Shown: positions 10,260 to 21,378 of the stretch, in pieces
How the letters are laid out: the number at the start of each line of letters is the position of its first letter
Position numbering within the stretch: the stretch's first letter is position 1
Assembly: GCA_002269645.1 (NCBI GenBank)
Contig: NIVC01004770.1
Coordinates: 1-35,386, forward strand
DNA from: Macrostomum lignano
Lineage: Eukaryota
DNA: 35,386 bases
Direction of reading: 5' to 3'
The notes under the pieces: model-generated
Databases searched by the model: none
What the model saw: the letters and a program-made list of their open reading frames with translations, nothing else
What the model was told of the DNA's origin: nothing
Program-made: the position numbers and the translations under genes

Positions 10260-10929
10260 TAGGCGAATGTCAATGTTCATATTGAACAGGCCATTGAAAT
10301 AAAGCAAGTACATTTCACGCTGCTGCCGTGTAGACCACATGTCGTGTCGTAGCAATGAAGTGGTGTAACGGTTTGGAAATTCTGTAATTCAAATCTAGTT
10401 TATTTACATGGTGTATTTTAACTTTATTCAAATCCTTAGCTGTTTAAATTACGTGCGTAATTTATTCTAGGGTTTAATATTACGTACTTTGTTAATTTGG
10501 TTTCCGTTTCCAAGAAATGCGACTCATAATTTTAACATGTAAGTTCTAGTCTTTTTCTGTAAGCGTGTGGCAGCCTGGGACGTAGATCAACCTAGCATGT
10601 ACGTGAGATACAATAATTATAATCAGAGCCGATCACCAGTGTACGCATTCATACTAAGACAGTAAGATTTCTTATGCTCCGAGTATAGTAAATCGTCCAG
10701 GACTGACAGACGTATCTGCTGAACCATTGATATACGTTGCTAATACTCTCTCTTCGCTAGTAATATTAAATATACCGGACTCGTTACAGTGGACCATCCT
10801 GTTTACGAGAGCTCTTAGCTGAGCAAAGAAAACGAGCCTTTCGCCGATAACTCCAAGCAGTCTTTTTATTTACTAGAAAAATGACCGATGGCCATATGTC
10901 GCCTATAATACGAGCGCAGCCGTTTCAAG

Positions 10930-12813
10930 CTTTAGCACATAGATAGTTAATGAGCACCGCCAAGCGGCGCCGCACCACAGACTCGCCACTTTCGACATGG
11001 TGGCGACCAACGGCTTGTGCTCGGTGTAGGCGGTAAAAATGCGTTCCTCCAGAAATTAGCGAAATGCCGGACCGCTAGCGGCCGATTTCATAAAAAATCT
11101 ACAAGTGACAAGTCGACAAATATGCTGACTTCAGCTCCAGTGTATACCAGGAAACGCAGGCCTGTCAGCAAATCCGCGATGAGGAACAGGCTGCTGCTGC
11201 CAGACGCCGAGCTGTTCACCGATGCGGACTGCCCGTTTCCCCGAAATTTACAAAGCGCTTCAAAAAATCTGGCTTTTGCGCTGAACTCTTATGAAAGAAG
11301 CACAGATCGGTGGTTTCCTCGCAGGGACGTGATGGCCGGGCGCAGGCAAACCAGCTTGTTCTGCCCTGGCGGGCGGCCGCAACCACTGGCTCGTCAGGCT
11401 GTTGAATTTCGCTCACAACCGGCTGGGCTAGATTGGATCCAAAGTATGTTGGCGTGCTGTGCCACTGATAGCGGATCCGCAAATTCTGAAGATCGGATAC
11501 CAGTCGGATGTCTGGTGAAAGCTGCTGTCGGAAAAGTTCCTCCAATGACATGCATAGCCGATGGTCGCTCAACAACGCCAATATATCGTTAATGGCGCCG
11601 ATCTCCGAGGCCTGTCATACTAAGCAACCTGAAGGCCCGCTGCTTCCGCGTTAGCCCGAACGTGCCCAATAGGCGAGTCTTCAGCTGCTTGTACTTGTCT
11701 GCTGCCGGAGGATTCTTTAGTAAGTTCAGGAGTCGCTCGGCCGACTGTTAATTGAGAGATGCGACCAAATGCTGATAGTTTCAAGTGAAACTCCACAAAT
11801 ACAAATGAATTAGTACTAGTTCAATAGCTCGTATAAAGTTTTAACAAATGCATAGCCTGCTGGACTCTGTACTCTATTTAAATTGAGTTTAAATGAAGTA
11901 ATTAAATAAATAATGAAAATAATGAAATAATTAAAAAGGATTAGCAAATGAAGTACACTGTTCTAAATTGTACTCTACAGGTGAAACTCTACATAATTTC
12001 GAAGGAAATAATTCTTAAATATTAAATACATGAATGGGAATTTCAGAAAAGTACTTACCCAGCTACCAAGTAAGGCTTTGCTGGATTGGCAAGGGTGTGC
12101 TTTGATTTTTACTTTAGAAGACACTGGTGTGTTTAGCAACTCGGCAAAGTCGTCCCCAAAGATGAGGCAGAGGCACTTCTTATCGTTGCTCTGCAGCCTT
12201 CTGCATTCCACTCGAGTAGCTGTGTCAATTTTATGGATCGACGCCATTGTAGATTTGTGAAATGGACAATGAATCGAGCTCTCAAAACGCACATTGCGCT
12301 TGATGTTCAGGTGAAGACCGACAATTAAGCCCAACGGGTCTTTTTTTAGTGAGAGCTCATTTAATATCCTCCATTTTCTTGTCCATTGTTTGCGATAACC
12401 GAATACAAGCCAGTACAACTTAGTACCAGTTACTTCAATTCATTAAATATTGTGCTATTCCTCGGAGGCTGAACTGTGGCTCAGCCTGGGTGAACCAAGC
12501 CTGGGACTGAGCGGGCCAAAAGGTCGGCAACTTGACCGTTATTGCGTTGATGGCTGAGTTGCTGCTGGCCGCACTGGCCGCTGTGTTGACGCCAACCGAG
12601 ATGACAGACTCCTGATCTGCATCTCTGTTGTTCGCTGTGTCTTTTGCGTGCTCGGGAATGCTCAAACTTGCGGTTTGAGACGTCGGGCTCACCAATGAAG
12701 TAGCTTGCGATCGCGAAGTGCGCTCATTTATTTCTCTCAGCCCGTGGGCTACTCAACTGTAACGAGACGGAAATGGTAAAAGGCAAAAGATGCTTCTGTT
12801 TCGAGCCGCCACA
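10930..12813 (-). mobile_element. Deleted Gypsy relic (element I), CsRn1/Kabuki-like, interrupted by a ~650-bp insert
   Basis: Short putative LTR at 12696-12813 and PBS TGGTGAGCCCGACG (12694-12681, close to the tRNA-Trp PBS TGGTGACCCCGACG). Gag has VKLPTFWP..WF.QAE.QF, then KYKQLKTRLLGTFGL..LGDR and LALLSDH..LFRQQLSPDIR, plus a CxxH-type knuckle remnant. Protease remnant RFLVYTGAEVS jumps directly to RNase H remnant YTEHKPL. Confidence 0.75.
11790..12445 (-). other. Insert of unknown origin inside gag of element I, containing an exon-like 63-codon segment
   Basis: Gag homology stops after RGIAQ (~12445) and resumes at NYQHLVASL (~11790). The insert has ACAATGG at 12247, an open frame to TGG|GTAAGT at 12059/12058, then AT-rich sequence. 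Boundaries are approximate. Confidence 0.5.
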
Positions 12814-12839
12814 GTACGAGTGTATTGAATTAGTAAAGC

Positions 12840-13253
12840 TTAGTAAGCTTAGTAAAGTCTATCTTTTACTTTTGAAAGAATCCTGCGATGTTCGCTCCAT
12901 GTAGGCGTTCCAATTATGATGTCGTCTTGTTAGGAAGCCACACACGGTGTGCCCCTCAACAGGTTGTCCATTAGCTCTTGAAAAATCAGAGGTGCAGCGG
13001 ATATTCCAAATTGCATTTTTCGGAAAGCAAATGACCCATGTGAATTGGAACGCACGTTAATTTTTTACTGTCTTCAGACAAGCCTATTTGAAGATATGCG
13101 TCTTTCAAGTCACGAGAAGTATGTCGGACAAGTCGGAAAATAGCGATTTAAGCCTTGAAAGCTTATTGCAATCAGTTCCAATAAGGCGATTCAGCGTCAT
13201 TTAATAGCCTCAGCAAATTCGGATGGGTCGAACTGATTTCTCGGACTGGTATA
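12840..13253 (-). pseudogene. pol: Degenerate Gypsy reverse transcriptase relic (element D family)
   Basis: DLKDAYLQIGLSEDSKKLTC and QFGISAAPLIFQELMDNLL...AS*QDDIIIG (YQDD turned into a stop) parallel D's LKDAFLQVALSPESQKLTC...QFGISAAPLIFQE...SYQDDII. Confidence 0.8.
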
Positions 13254-13452
13254 TGTGGTATATAATCCTACGTGTGTCTCTCTTTTCGGCCATAGACTTA
13301 TTTTGTTAATGATTCTGCTCTGACACTTTCTTTTAAGTACTAAGCAGTGAGCTGCCTTGAAGAAAAAGGGAAAAAGGAAAAAGGAAGAAATATACTCTCG
13401 CGCAAACTCTAAAGAGCATTCCTAGAATAAATTACTGAAACCGGATGCTACA
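13254..13452 (+). repeat. 5' LTR of element B
   Basis: TGTGGTAT...GGATGCTACA; its termini resemble the LTR termini of related element E. It is followed by the PBS. The 5' limit is inferred from the E comparison. Confidence 0.7.
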
Positions 13453-13453
13453 T

Positions 13454-13466
13454 TGGCGACGAGGAT
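13454..13466 (+). promoter_or_regulatory. Primer-binding site TGGCGACGAGGAT (tRNA-Ser(GCT)-type)
   Basis: Complementary to the 3' end ...ATCCTCGTCGCCA of animal tRNA-Ser(GCT), recalled from memory. The gag ATG follows immediately at 13467. Confidence 0.8.
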
Positions 13467-15721
13467 ATGACTGCCGTACCCAACACCGCTTCAAGAATCA
13501 GTGCATTCGATCCGGCAAGACCAGATAGATGGTCGGTGTACGAAAAACGGTTGGAGCAATATTTTATCGCCAAAGCCATCACCGATGAGAACATAAAGAA
13601 GGCTGAGCTCATCACAGTGGTGGGTGAAGATTGCTACTGCCTGCTGCGAGATCTGCTGTCTCCAGACCTCCCGAAAAGTAAGTCTTATGACGAGCTGGTA
13701 ACGGCGCTAAGAAACTATTTCGCAACGACGCCAAAGAAAGTCGTGGAGCGCTATAATCTCTACAATCGAAACCAACAAGAGGGCGAAGTAATCTCAGAGT
13801 ATATAGCAAATTTAAGGAAGCTGGCTGCAACCTGTATGTATGGGGCCTTTCTGAATGAAGCTATCAGAGATAAGTTTGTTTGCGGATTGCGCAGCAAGCT
13901 CATTCAGCAGCGTCTTCTGCAAGAAGATGACATCGCGCTGGACGAGGCCATCAAAATATCAACCTCCACAGAAACTGCAGAAAAGGTGCAACGCTCATCA
14001 ACACTAACAAATTCAGTGGAGCTCAAGCCAACTCAGTCAAGGAAGTCAGGCCAAAAAGCTCAAAAGACTCTGCTCATGACAGGTGCTACCGATGCTTGGC
14101 GACGGGTCACTGGGCTAGAAGCTGCCCACATCGATCTTACGTCTGCAAGAAGTGCAGCAAACCGGGACACCTGGAGAAGGCATGCAGAACACAGCAGTCG
14201 ACAGAAGCTCACAGAGCCAGACAGAATGGTCAGAGGAGAAATTACAAAGCAAGATTGGGCCAAGGCACAAGAAGGGTGAAATACGTTAGCGCAAAGCGAG
14301 GCCAAGGCAGCAGTGGGGAGTCGCCCGACTTCTCAAACATTAGTAACGTTGCCATCAGCAGGAACTGTCAGCTCAGCGAAAATAGCGCTAAAAAAAGCGA
14401 TCCCTTCTTGGAAACTCTGCAAATCAACAACAAGAAGGTGACGTTTGAGGTAGACACGGGCGCCGAACGTACAATTATTAACAAACAAACAGCTGAGCAG
14501 CTCGGAGTGAAACCGACCGGCGCGACCCTGATTCTCACTTCGTACTCCGGCGAAAAGATTCCACTGCTTGGAGAAGCCACCGTGCAAGCACTGGACAACG
14601 GCACTGCCATTGAGCTTGATGTCGTGATTGTCGAGGGCAGAAGACAGAACATGTTGGGCCGCGATTGGATCACGCAACTCGGGAATCTCGCTTGGAAATA
14701 CGCAGGAAGCGCTGGCTGCAGAACACAGTCGGGAACTCTCCTTGTGGATGTGTCTCAAGACTTGAGTAAAATTCTGCAAGAGCACAGTGAATTATTCGCG
14801 GATGACCTAGGCAAAATAAAGCAATTAACGGCCAAGCTTCATCTAAAGTAAGGTTCACTGCCAAAGTTCTGCAAGTCACGACCCGTGCCCTTCGCTCTGA
14901 AGCCTGCAATTGAGCAGGAGCTAAAAAGCTTGGAGAGCCAAGGAATAATTAGACGAGTAAAAGCTTCCGAATATGCGAGTCCAATAGTGCCAGTTCTGAA
15001 GAAGGATGGGAAATCGATTCGCATCTGCGCTGATTCAAAAGAACAATCAATCCCGCCTTGAAAGTGGACATTCACCCAGTGAGCAGGCCTGAGGAGCTGT
15101 TTGCAAAACTAAGCGGAGGAAAAGCTATTCAGAAAGCTCGATATATCTCAAGCGTTCCTACAACTCGAACTGCAAGAAGAGTGCCGGAAATATACAACTA
15201 TCAATACACATCTGGGCTTATTCGAGTACAACAGGCTGGTCATGGGACTAGCGAGTTCATCTGCTCAATTTCAAGAGGCAATGGACAAGATAATTCAGGG
15301 TCTGGACGCCGTTTGCTTTATCGACGACATCGTTTTAAAGGCATCGACAGTCGAAGATCACAATAAGCTGCTCAGGGACGTGCTAAAGAGACTGCAAGAT
15401 TATGGCATTCGACTCAATCGGTGGAAGTGCCAGTCTATGATGCCGACTATCGAATTTCTAGGTCACATAATTGATGCCACAGGAGTTCGCCAGTCTCTCA
15501 AAATAACTAAAGCCATAATTGATGCTCCTGTACCAAGCAACACTGCCGAAGTGCGTTCGCTGGTTGGTCTAATAAACTACTATCGGAAATTAATTCGAAA
15601 TCTATCAGATCTACTAGAACCGTTAAATAGGCTGCTTCAGAAAGGCGTCGACTTTCTATGGACTGATGAATGCCAAGAGGCGTTCCAAGCATGCAAAGCT
15701 ATGCTGAGCTCTGATGAGGTC
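13467..15721 (+). pseudogene. gag-pol: Element B gag-protease-RT (5' part of gag-pol), frameshifted
   Basis: Gag FDPARPDRW..YEKRLEQYF; knuckles CYRCLATGHWARSC and CKKCSKPGHLEKAC; PR FEVDTGAE; RT VPVLKKDGKSIRIC and CFIDDIVL. Confidence 0.9.
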
Positions 15722-15874
15722 TGTTATATGCTTTGGTATAATGTAACTTGGGCTGCTCTGGTGGCGAGCCAAGGAGCTTAAACCAATATATTTAATCGCC
15801 CTGCCTCTTAGCACGTAGGCGGTGGAGGTCAGGGCCATAGACATGTATATACTGATAAGAGTCCATCCACATCA
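15722..15874 (-). repeat. 3' LTR of element C
   Basis: 149/153 identical to 25372-25524; PPT adjacent. Confidence 0.95.
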
Positions 15875-16085
15875 TCTCCCCTTTCAAGTCAGTGTCCTTA
15901 TCACTCGACAAAATTAACTTTTGGATGTCCTAGCCTACTGTACTGGAGTCGGGCGGGCGGGATGCCCTTCTTTGCTCTCGAGCTACTTCAAGGTTTCTCC
16001 TTGCTTGGTTGATTGGCCGTCGTAGTACAAGTCGTCTCCGTACGTCTTGTACTTTCGCCGTTTGTCGTCTTTGTCATTTGCCAGT

Positions 16086-16322
16086 TGTTACGGTTGAAGA
16101 ACACGAAGGCACTTGGTTTTATGAATTGAAGGAGGGCGTTATTTGAGCAGCTCCAAATTGGCATGAGCACGAAGCTCGCTCTTATATTTCTTTACCCTGA
16201 GGGCATTGAAGTTTCTAGCAAACAAGGTGTAACGGTAACATTTTGCCCCGATGGCACATAGACTACTTTTAGAAGAAAATAAATCTATGAATAATGCAGC
16301 ATAGCATGCAGCATATGCAAAA
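16086..16322 (-). repeat. 3' LTR of element D
   Basis: Matches the reconstituted 5' LTR with about 7-8 differences by manual count. Confidence 0.93.
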
Positions 16323-16344
16323 CCCCTACCGATGCTGAAAACCG

Positions 16345-19300
16345 TCAGTAACCAAAACGATTAGGGGGTCGACGTTGGCGAGAACTCCGCCTCGGTTCTT
16401 GCGCCGTTTCCGTAGCTTGATTAGCCGTGGCGTCGGTAGTTTTTTCCTCCGGAACAGGTTTTTGATTTTGGTCTGAGACAGATCCGTCAGTCACGTCATG
16501 AAGCTTTGGTATAATATCCGATTGATGTACCAGCCGACCCTTGTCGTCACGAAAGGTATTGGTTCCGACGGAAGTAGTAATCATTGACGGAACCCTCTCT
16601 TCCTTGTGTTCCACAGGAATGAAAACTGGTTCGGCTTGTAGTCGAGGTTGGATCCATTCAGTGCATTCTCTTGACAAGCGAGTTCTTGGCAGTTGAAGAA
16701 ACACCAAACCAGCAGGAATAGAACCATTGCATTGCGGTGTAGTATTGTGAAACAGACAGAACGCGATTGCAATTCGCTCTAGTTCAGCCACGTCAGAAGT
16801 AGCGTTTGACTTCTTTAGATGAAATTTAAACTCTTCTATTACCCGCTCCACTTGCCCATTCGACTAATGGTGACCTGGAGGAGTCAAAAGGTGCTGAACG
16901 AAGTTCTCCTTTAGGAACGTGGCGAATTCGGCGGACGTGAAGTTTGTACCGTTGTCTGTCACCAAGGTTTGTGGGAGACCCATGTAATTAAATGTTTGTC
17001 GAACTGCCCGAATTACAGATTGCGATTTCATTGAATCGTAATGCCGAACATCCACCCACTTCGAGAATGCGTCTACTAGCACTAGGAATCGGTGTCCTTT
17101 GAATATCGCGACGTCGGCGTGTACTCTCTCGAAGAACGTCTGCGCATCCTCCCAAGACGATAAATTGGAGTTAGTTCGCTTTCTTGCGTGAAGCTGACAC
17201 TGTGCACACCTTCGAACGAAACTGTTTATCTGCGTGTCGATTCCTGGCCACCAGAAATACTGTCGAGCCAAGCGAATCATGCGCACAACTCCGGGGTGAT
17301 TTTCATGCAGCAGGTGTAAAATTTCCGTTCGTAAATCTCTGGGTGGTACAATCCGCAATCCTTTAAACACAATGCCATTCTGTATAGTATACTCAAGCTT
17401 TCCTTTTGAGTAAGGCAGCATGACTTTCGGTAATGACTCCGGCCATCCATCCTGAATGTAATGCTTCAGTGTCTTCAGATGGCAGTCATTCGTCTTAGCA
17501 ATTCGACGCAGTAGATCTTCAGAATTAGCAAAGGTGCCCGGGCATTTATTGACAGTAGGTTGACGGATTCCTTCGTTATGCAATTGCCACTTGGAAGTCG
17601 CAACAGAGTATCAGCGGCGTACATCGAATCGCCTTTGGAATATTCGATCTTGTAGTCATACGCTCGTAGAATGAGCGACCAGCGTTGAAGCCTGGCGGAA
17701 ACACGCTCAGACGATTTATTGTGATCGAAAATGAACTGAAGTAGTCTGTGGTCTGATAGAAAAGTAAATCTTCTTCCGGCGAGAAACTGGTGGAAATACT
17801 TAACTCCTTCGACGATAGCCAGCGCCTCTCGTTCGATATTTGCATAATTGCCCTCTGCGGGTGTGAGCACTCTGCTTCCGAGCCAAACAATCTGTCTCTG
17901 CTCTCTGTCATGAGAGAGCACGAACCCCAATCCATCCTTTGACGCATCAAAAGTCAGAAACAGACGCTTGGACGAGTCGTAAGCAGTTATTGCTCCTTGT
18001 CGAATACTTTGCTTCAATCTCGTGAAGGCCTGTGAATGTTCTTTGTTCCAGAACCAGTGCTGTCCTTTCTTCAATAATGAATTCAATGGTCGAGCGATGG
18101 TAGAAAAATTCTTGCAGAACAGGCCGTAGTGTCGAAGAGTACACAAGGCGCTTTTTAATTGGTCTTTATCCGCGGGATCTAGCATATTTTCCCATGCCTC
18201 TATTCTCGCTGGATCAGGCTCGAGCTTGCCGTTGTGGAGAATGAACCCGAGAAACTTGACGCTTTGTAAGCATTCCTGTGACTTGCGGGCGTTAATCTTG
18301 AACCCATTGTCAGCCAAACGTTGCTTTACCTTGTTTAGAACCAGGGTGTGTTGTTGTCGGTCTCCGGGAGTTCCGATTACTTCGTATTATGTCGTCTTGA
18401 TACGAAGCAGTGCATTCTACGTTTCTGAGCACCTCATCCTTGACTTCTTGGAATATTAATGGTGCTGCGGAAATTCCGAACTGAAGATTTTTGAAAGCGA
18501 AGTAGCCCAGGTGCGTAGAGATGCAGGTAAGTTTCTGGCTCTCAGGCGAAAGCGCAACTTGAAGAAACGCGTCTTTCAAATCCAGGACTGAATAGTACTT
18601 GGCATTAGGAATTTAGGATCTAGCTTTGGAAGCTTGTAGCGATCGGCATCGATTATGCGATTTAGCGTGACTGAGTAGTCGCCACATAGACGTATTGGTC
18701 TCGCTGTGCCTTGCTGCTTTAAAACTGGAACAATTAGCGCAGAAACGGCTGGGTCTTCCACTGGATATATGATGCCTGCATTTAGCAGTTGTTGAGCTCA
18801 GTCTCAACCATAGACTTCATCGAAAAGGGCAGATATCTGGCAGGATATCGCATGCCGTCCGTTCTAGCATCTGAGCGGAGGCGGAAACTTGCGAGAAATC
18901 TCGAATTTGCATCACGCACCACTGGCATGCAAAGAAGATCTTCTGAAATGCTTCCGTCGATGTGTAGTATGTCCAGGTGCGATAGGAAATCCATTCCCAG
19001 TATAGCCAATAAATCGCTGCCTACATACACTTTTCCAGTGGCAGATCTTCCATCGGACAGAGTAATCATGGCATCCTGAATGACTGAGTATATTTCTGGC
19101 TGGAAACCGCCGTACGACTTGAGCGCTTTAGTAACCGGTTCGACTTTCAGATGGGAACTATCAGCAACATGCTTGGGTATGATGGTAACTTGACTGCCTG
19201 TATCTACCAACATCTTAGCACTCGCGTCTCCGATCTTGCATGTAACAAACCACTGATCCGTTGAATGACGATCTCCGATGTCAGTTGTCGCGTAGATTGC

Positions 19301-20130
19301 TCCCACATGTCCATGGCTAGAATCCTCTGATCGGCACACGTTCTGCAGAGCATTAACGGTCTTGGAGCGACAGACTGCTGCCAGGTGTCCAACCTTCCCA
19401 CACTTTCGGTACTGCGCATCCCGAAATCGGCACTTTGACCTGACGTGTCCTGCTTTTCCGCATGTGTGGCAGTGACCAGTTTCACGAGGCTTTGTCGGTC
19501 CTTTGCGGTTGTCCAAACTGTGCTGCTGCTTGTGGGCAGGCGTCTTCTCTGGTCTGACCCATCCGGAATGACTCTTCTTCTGCACCGCCGCGATTGTATC
19601 CGGCTTGCTTGGTGCCATCCTAATCGACTCAGACAGCAAACCTTCTTTTATCACGCCTTCCAAAATGACATCCTCTCTTGAAAGAAGCTTTTGCTTTAGC
19701 ACTTGATTCCGCAAGCCAAATATGTACTGCGACAGAATTAGTTCGTCTCGGAGATTACCGAATCTGCATTTGTTGGCTTGGCGCTTTAGACATTCGATGT
19801 AAGTAGCAATCGATTCACCCTCCTTTTGCACCATGGAGTGAAGCACGTGTCTCTCATAGTGAAGCAATGTTTTGGGCTTAAAATGTGCGGTTAGCGAACT
19901 CTGGATATCATCGAACGTTACTTCGTCCTTCGTGATGTCTTTTGGCTTTGCAAGCTCTTCTATCAGCGTGAAGGCTGCGTCTCCGCATGTCGCTAGAAGT
20001 ACTGCTTTGGAGTGAGCTTGCTTCCCTGAAGCCACCAAGTAAAACTGCAGTCTTTCGAAATACTTCTCAATCTCAGGATAAGAAAGAGGCAATCTCCAAG
20101 TCGAAAATCCAGCGGCTGAGTCATCAGTCC
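16345..20130 (-). pseudogene. gag-pol: Element D gag-pol (gag and protease in one frame; RT, RH and IN frameshifted)
   Basis: ORF 18782-20092 carries gag, CHTCGKAGHVRSKC and PR LVDTGSQ. RT SYQDDII. RH FDASKDG, NYANIEREALAI, SDHRLL. IN HENHPG..CAQC, VHADV, VTDNGTNF, NGQVERV. Confidence 0.93.
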
Positions 20131-20391
20131 TGCGAACGTAAGGTAGTCAGTACACAGCTTCTTCAGTGAATCCAGTGACTTTTCCTCATCGCCATGTTAC
20201 GGTTGAAGAACACGAAGGCTTTTGGGTTTATGAATTGAAGGAGGGCGTTATTTGAGCAGCTCCAAATTGGCATGAGCACGAAGCTCGCTCTTATATTTCT
20301 TTACCCTTAAGGGCATTGAAGTTTCTAGCAAACAAGGTGTACGGTAACATTTTGCCCCGATGGCACATAGACTACTTTTAGAAGAAAATAA

Positions 20392-21333
20392 TGTTACATC
20401 CGACTTCCGTTACCAACTCGAAGTCCAGGTGAATTATGGTTAGTAATCTCAAGCTTGGTAGCTGGCTCTTGCCATGCCGATGTTAACATTCATTTCCTTT
20501 ATATTTGCTCTCCTTATATTAGCTTTAGAACGCAGGGTTAACAGGGGCAGTGTCTATGGCCAATGTGTGTGAAATGAAATATACTTTATATGCGCACATA
20601 CCACATAACTCGAAGTCCAGTGAAACATCGTCCTCCTGCAGCAGCCTTTGCTGTGTCAGCTTGCTTCGTAGTCCACAAACCAGTCTGTCTCTGATCGCCT
20701 CCGACAAAAAGCCTCCAAACGAACAGGTCGCCGCCAACTTCCGTAGCTGCGCGACGTACTCTGCAATGGATTCGCCTTCCTGCTGGCTTCGGTGATGAAA
20801 GTTGTATCTCTCGATGATTCTTTTCGGCGTTGGGGTGAAATGCGTTCGTAACTTTTCAATTAAATCATCGTAGGATTTGTCCTTCGGGGAGTCTGGAGAC
20901 AGTAAGTCTCTGAGCAACGTATAGCAGTCTTCACCAATTACTGTGATGAGCTCGGCTCGCTTAATCTCCTCTTTGGTGATGGATTTAGCGATGAAGTATT
21001 GTTCCAGACGCTCCTCGTATACAGTCCACCTTTCAGGTCGTGCCGGATCAAATGTGCTGATTTTCGAAGTAGTATTTGGCGCGGTCATTTTGTCTTCTTC
21101 TGAAGAATCCTCGTCGCCAATGTTACATCCGACTTCCGTTACCAACTCGAAGTCCAGGTGAATTATGGTTAGTAATCTCAAGCTTGGTAGCGGGCTCTTG
21201 CCATGCCGATGTTAACATTCATTTCCTTTATATTTGCTCTCCTTATATTAGCTTTAGAACGCAGGGTTAACAGGGGCAGTGTCTATGGCCAATGTGTGTG
21301 AAATGAAATATACTTAAATGCGCATATACCACA
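20392..21333 (-). mobile_element. 942-bp non-autonomous two-LTR mini-retrotransposon E (B-related), gag only
   Basis: LTRs at 20392-20605 (214 bp) and 21121-21333 (213 bp), ~4 differences. TSD AATAA at 20387-91 and 21334-38. PBS TGGCGACGAGGAT just inside the 5' LTR. No pol and no PPT. Confidence 0.95.
20525..21088 (-). CDS. gag: Uninterrupted truncated Gag (capsid region only, 187 aa including an LTR-derived tail)
   Basis: ATG at 21088 (MTAPNTTSKISTFDPARPERW...). About 73% identical to B gag over ~159 aa by manual count. Lacks the CCHC knuckles and reads into the 3' LTR to the stop at 20525. Confidence 0.75.
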   Translation of the reverse strand: MTAPNTTSKISTFDPARPERWTVYEERLEQYFIAKSITKEEIKRAELITVIGEDCYTLLRDLLSPDSPKDKSYDDLIEKLRTHFTPTPKRIIERYNFHHRSQQEGESIAEYVAQLRKLAATCSFGGFLSEAIRDRLVCGLRSKLTQQRLLQEDDVSLDFELCGMCAYKVYFISHTLAIDTAPVNPAF

Positions 21334-21378
21334 AATAAATCTATGAATAATGCAGCATAGCATGCAGAATATGCAACA

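Larger units (their letters stand above)
16086..21378 (-). mobile_element. Full-length Gypsy (Mag-like) LTR retrotransposon D inserted in the integrase tail of C
   Basis: 237-bp 3' LTR at 16086-16322. 5' LTR at 20195-20391 + 21339-21378, split by E. TSD CCAGT at 16081-85 and 21379-83. PBS TGGCGATGAGGA at 20194-20183. PPT-like GGTAGGGG at 16330-16323. Confidence 0.95.
20195..21378 (-). repeat. 5' LTR of element D, split by insertion of element E
   Basis: 20195-20391 and 21339-21378 rejoin to give the sequence of 16086-16322. Confidence 0.92.

Noticed and set aside
10780-10800. TGTAACGAG as a possible 3' LTR start for element I, with an inverted 11-nt match at ~12746
   Set aside because: It does not match the putative 5' LTR start (TGTGGCGGCTC), and an 11-nt match is within chance.
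11017-11592. 191-aa plus-strand ORF
   Set aside because: It is the antisense shadow of element I's gag/protease relic and has no recognisable motif.
11975-12418. 147-aa ORF taken as one protein
   Set aside because: A better start context at 12247 and a consensus donor at 12058 suggest only the central 63 codons are exon-like. The flanks look non-coding.
14333-14785. 150-aa minus-strand ORF, and similar ORFs at 23664-24179, 28901-29206 and 33561-34055
   Set aside because: They are antisense or alternate-frame shadows of identified gag/pol/RT/YR coding regions.
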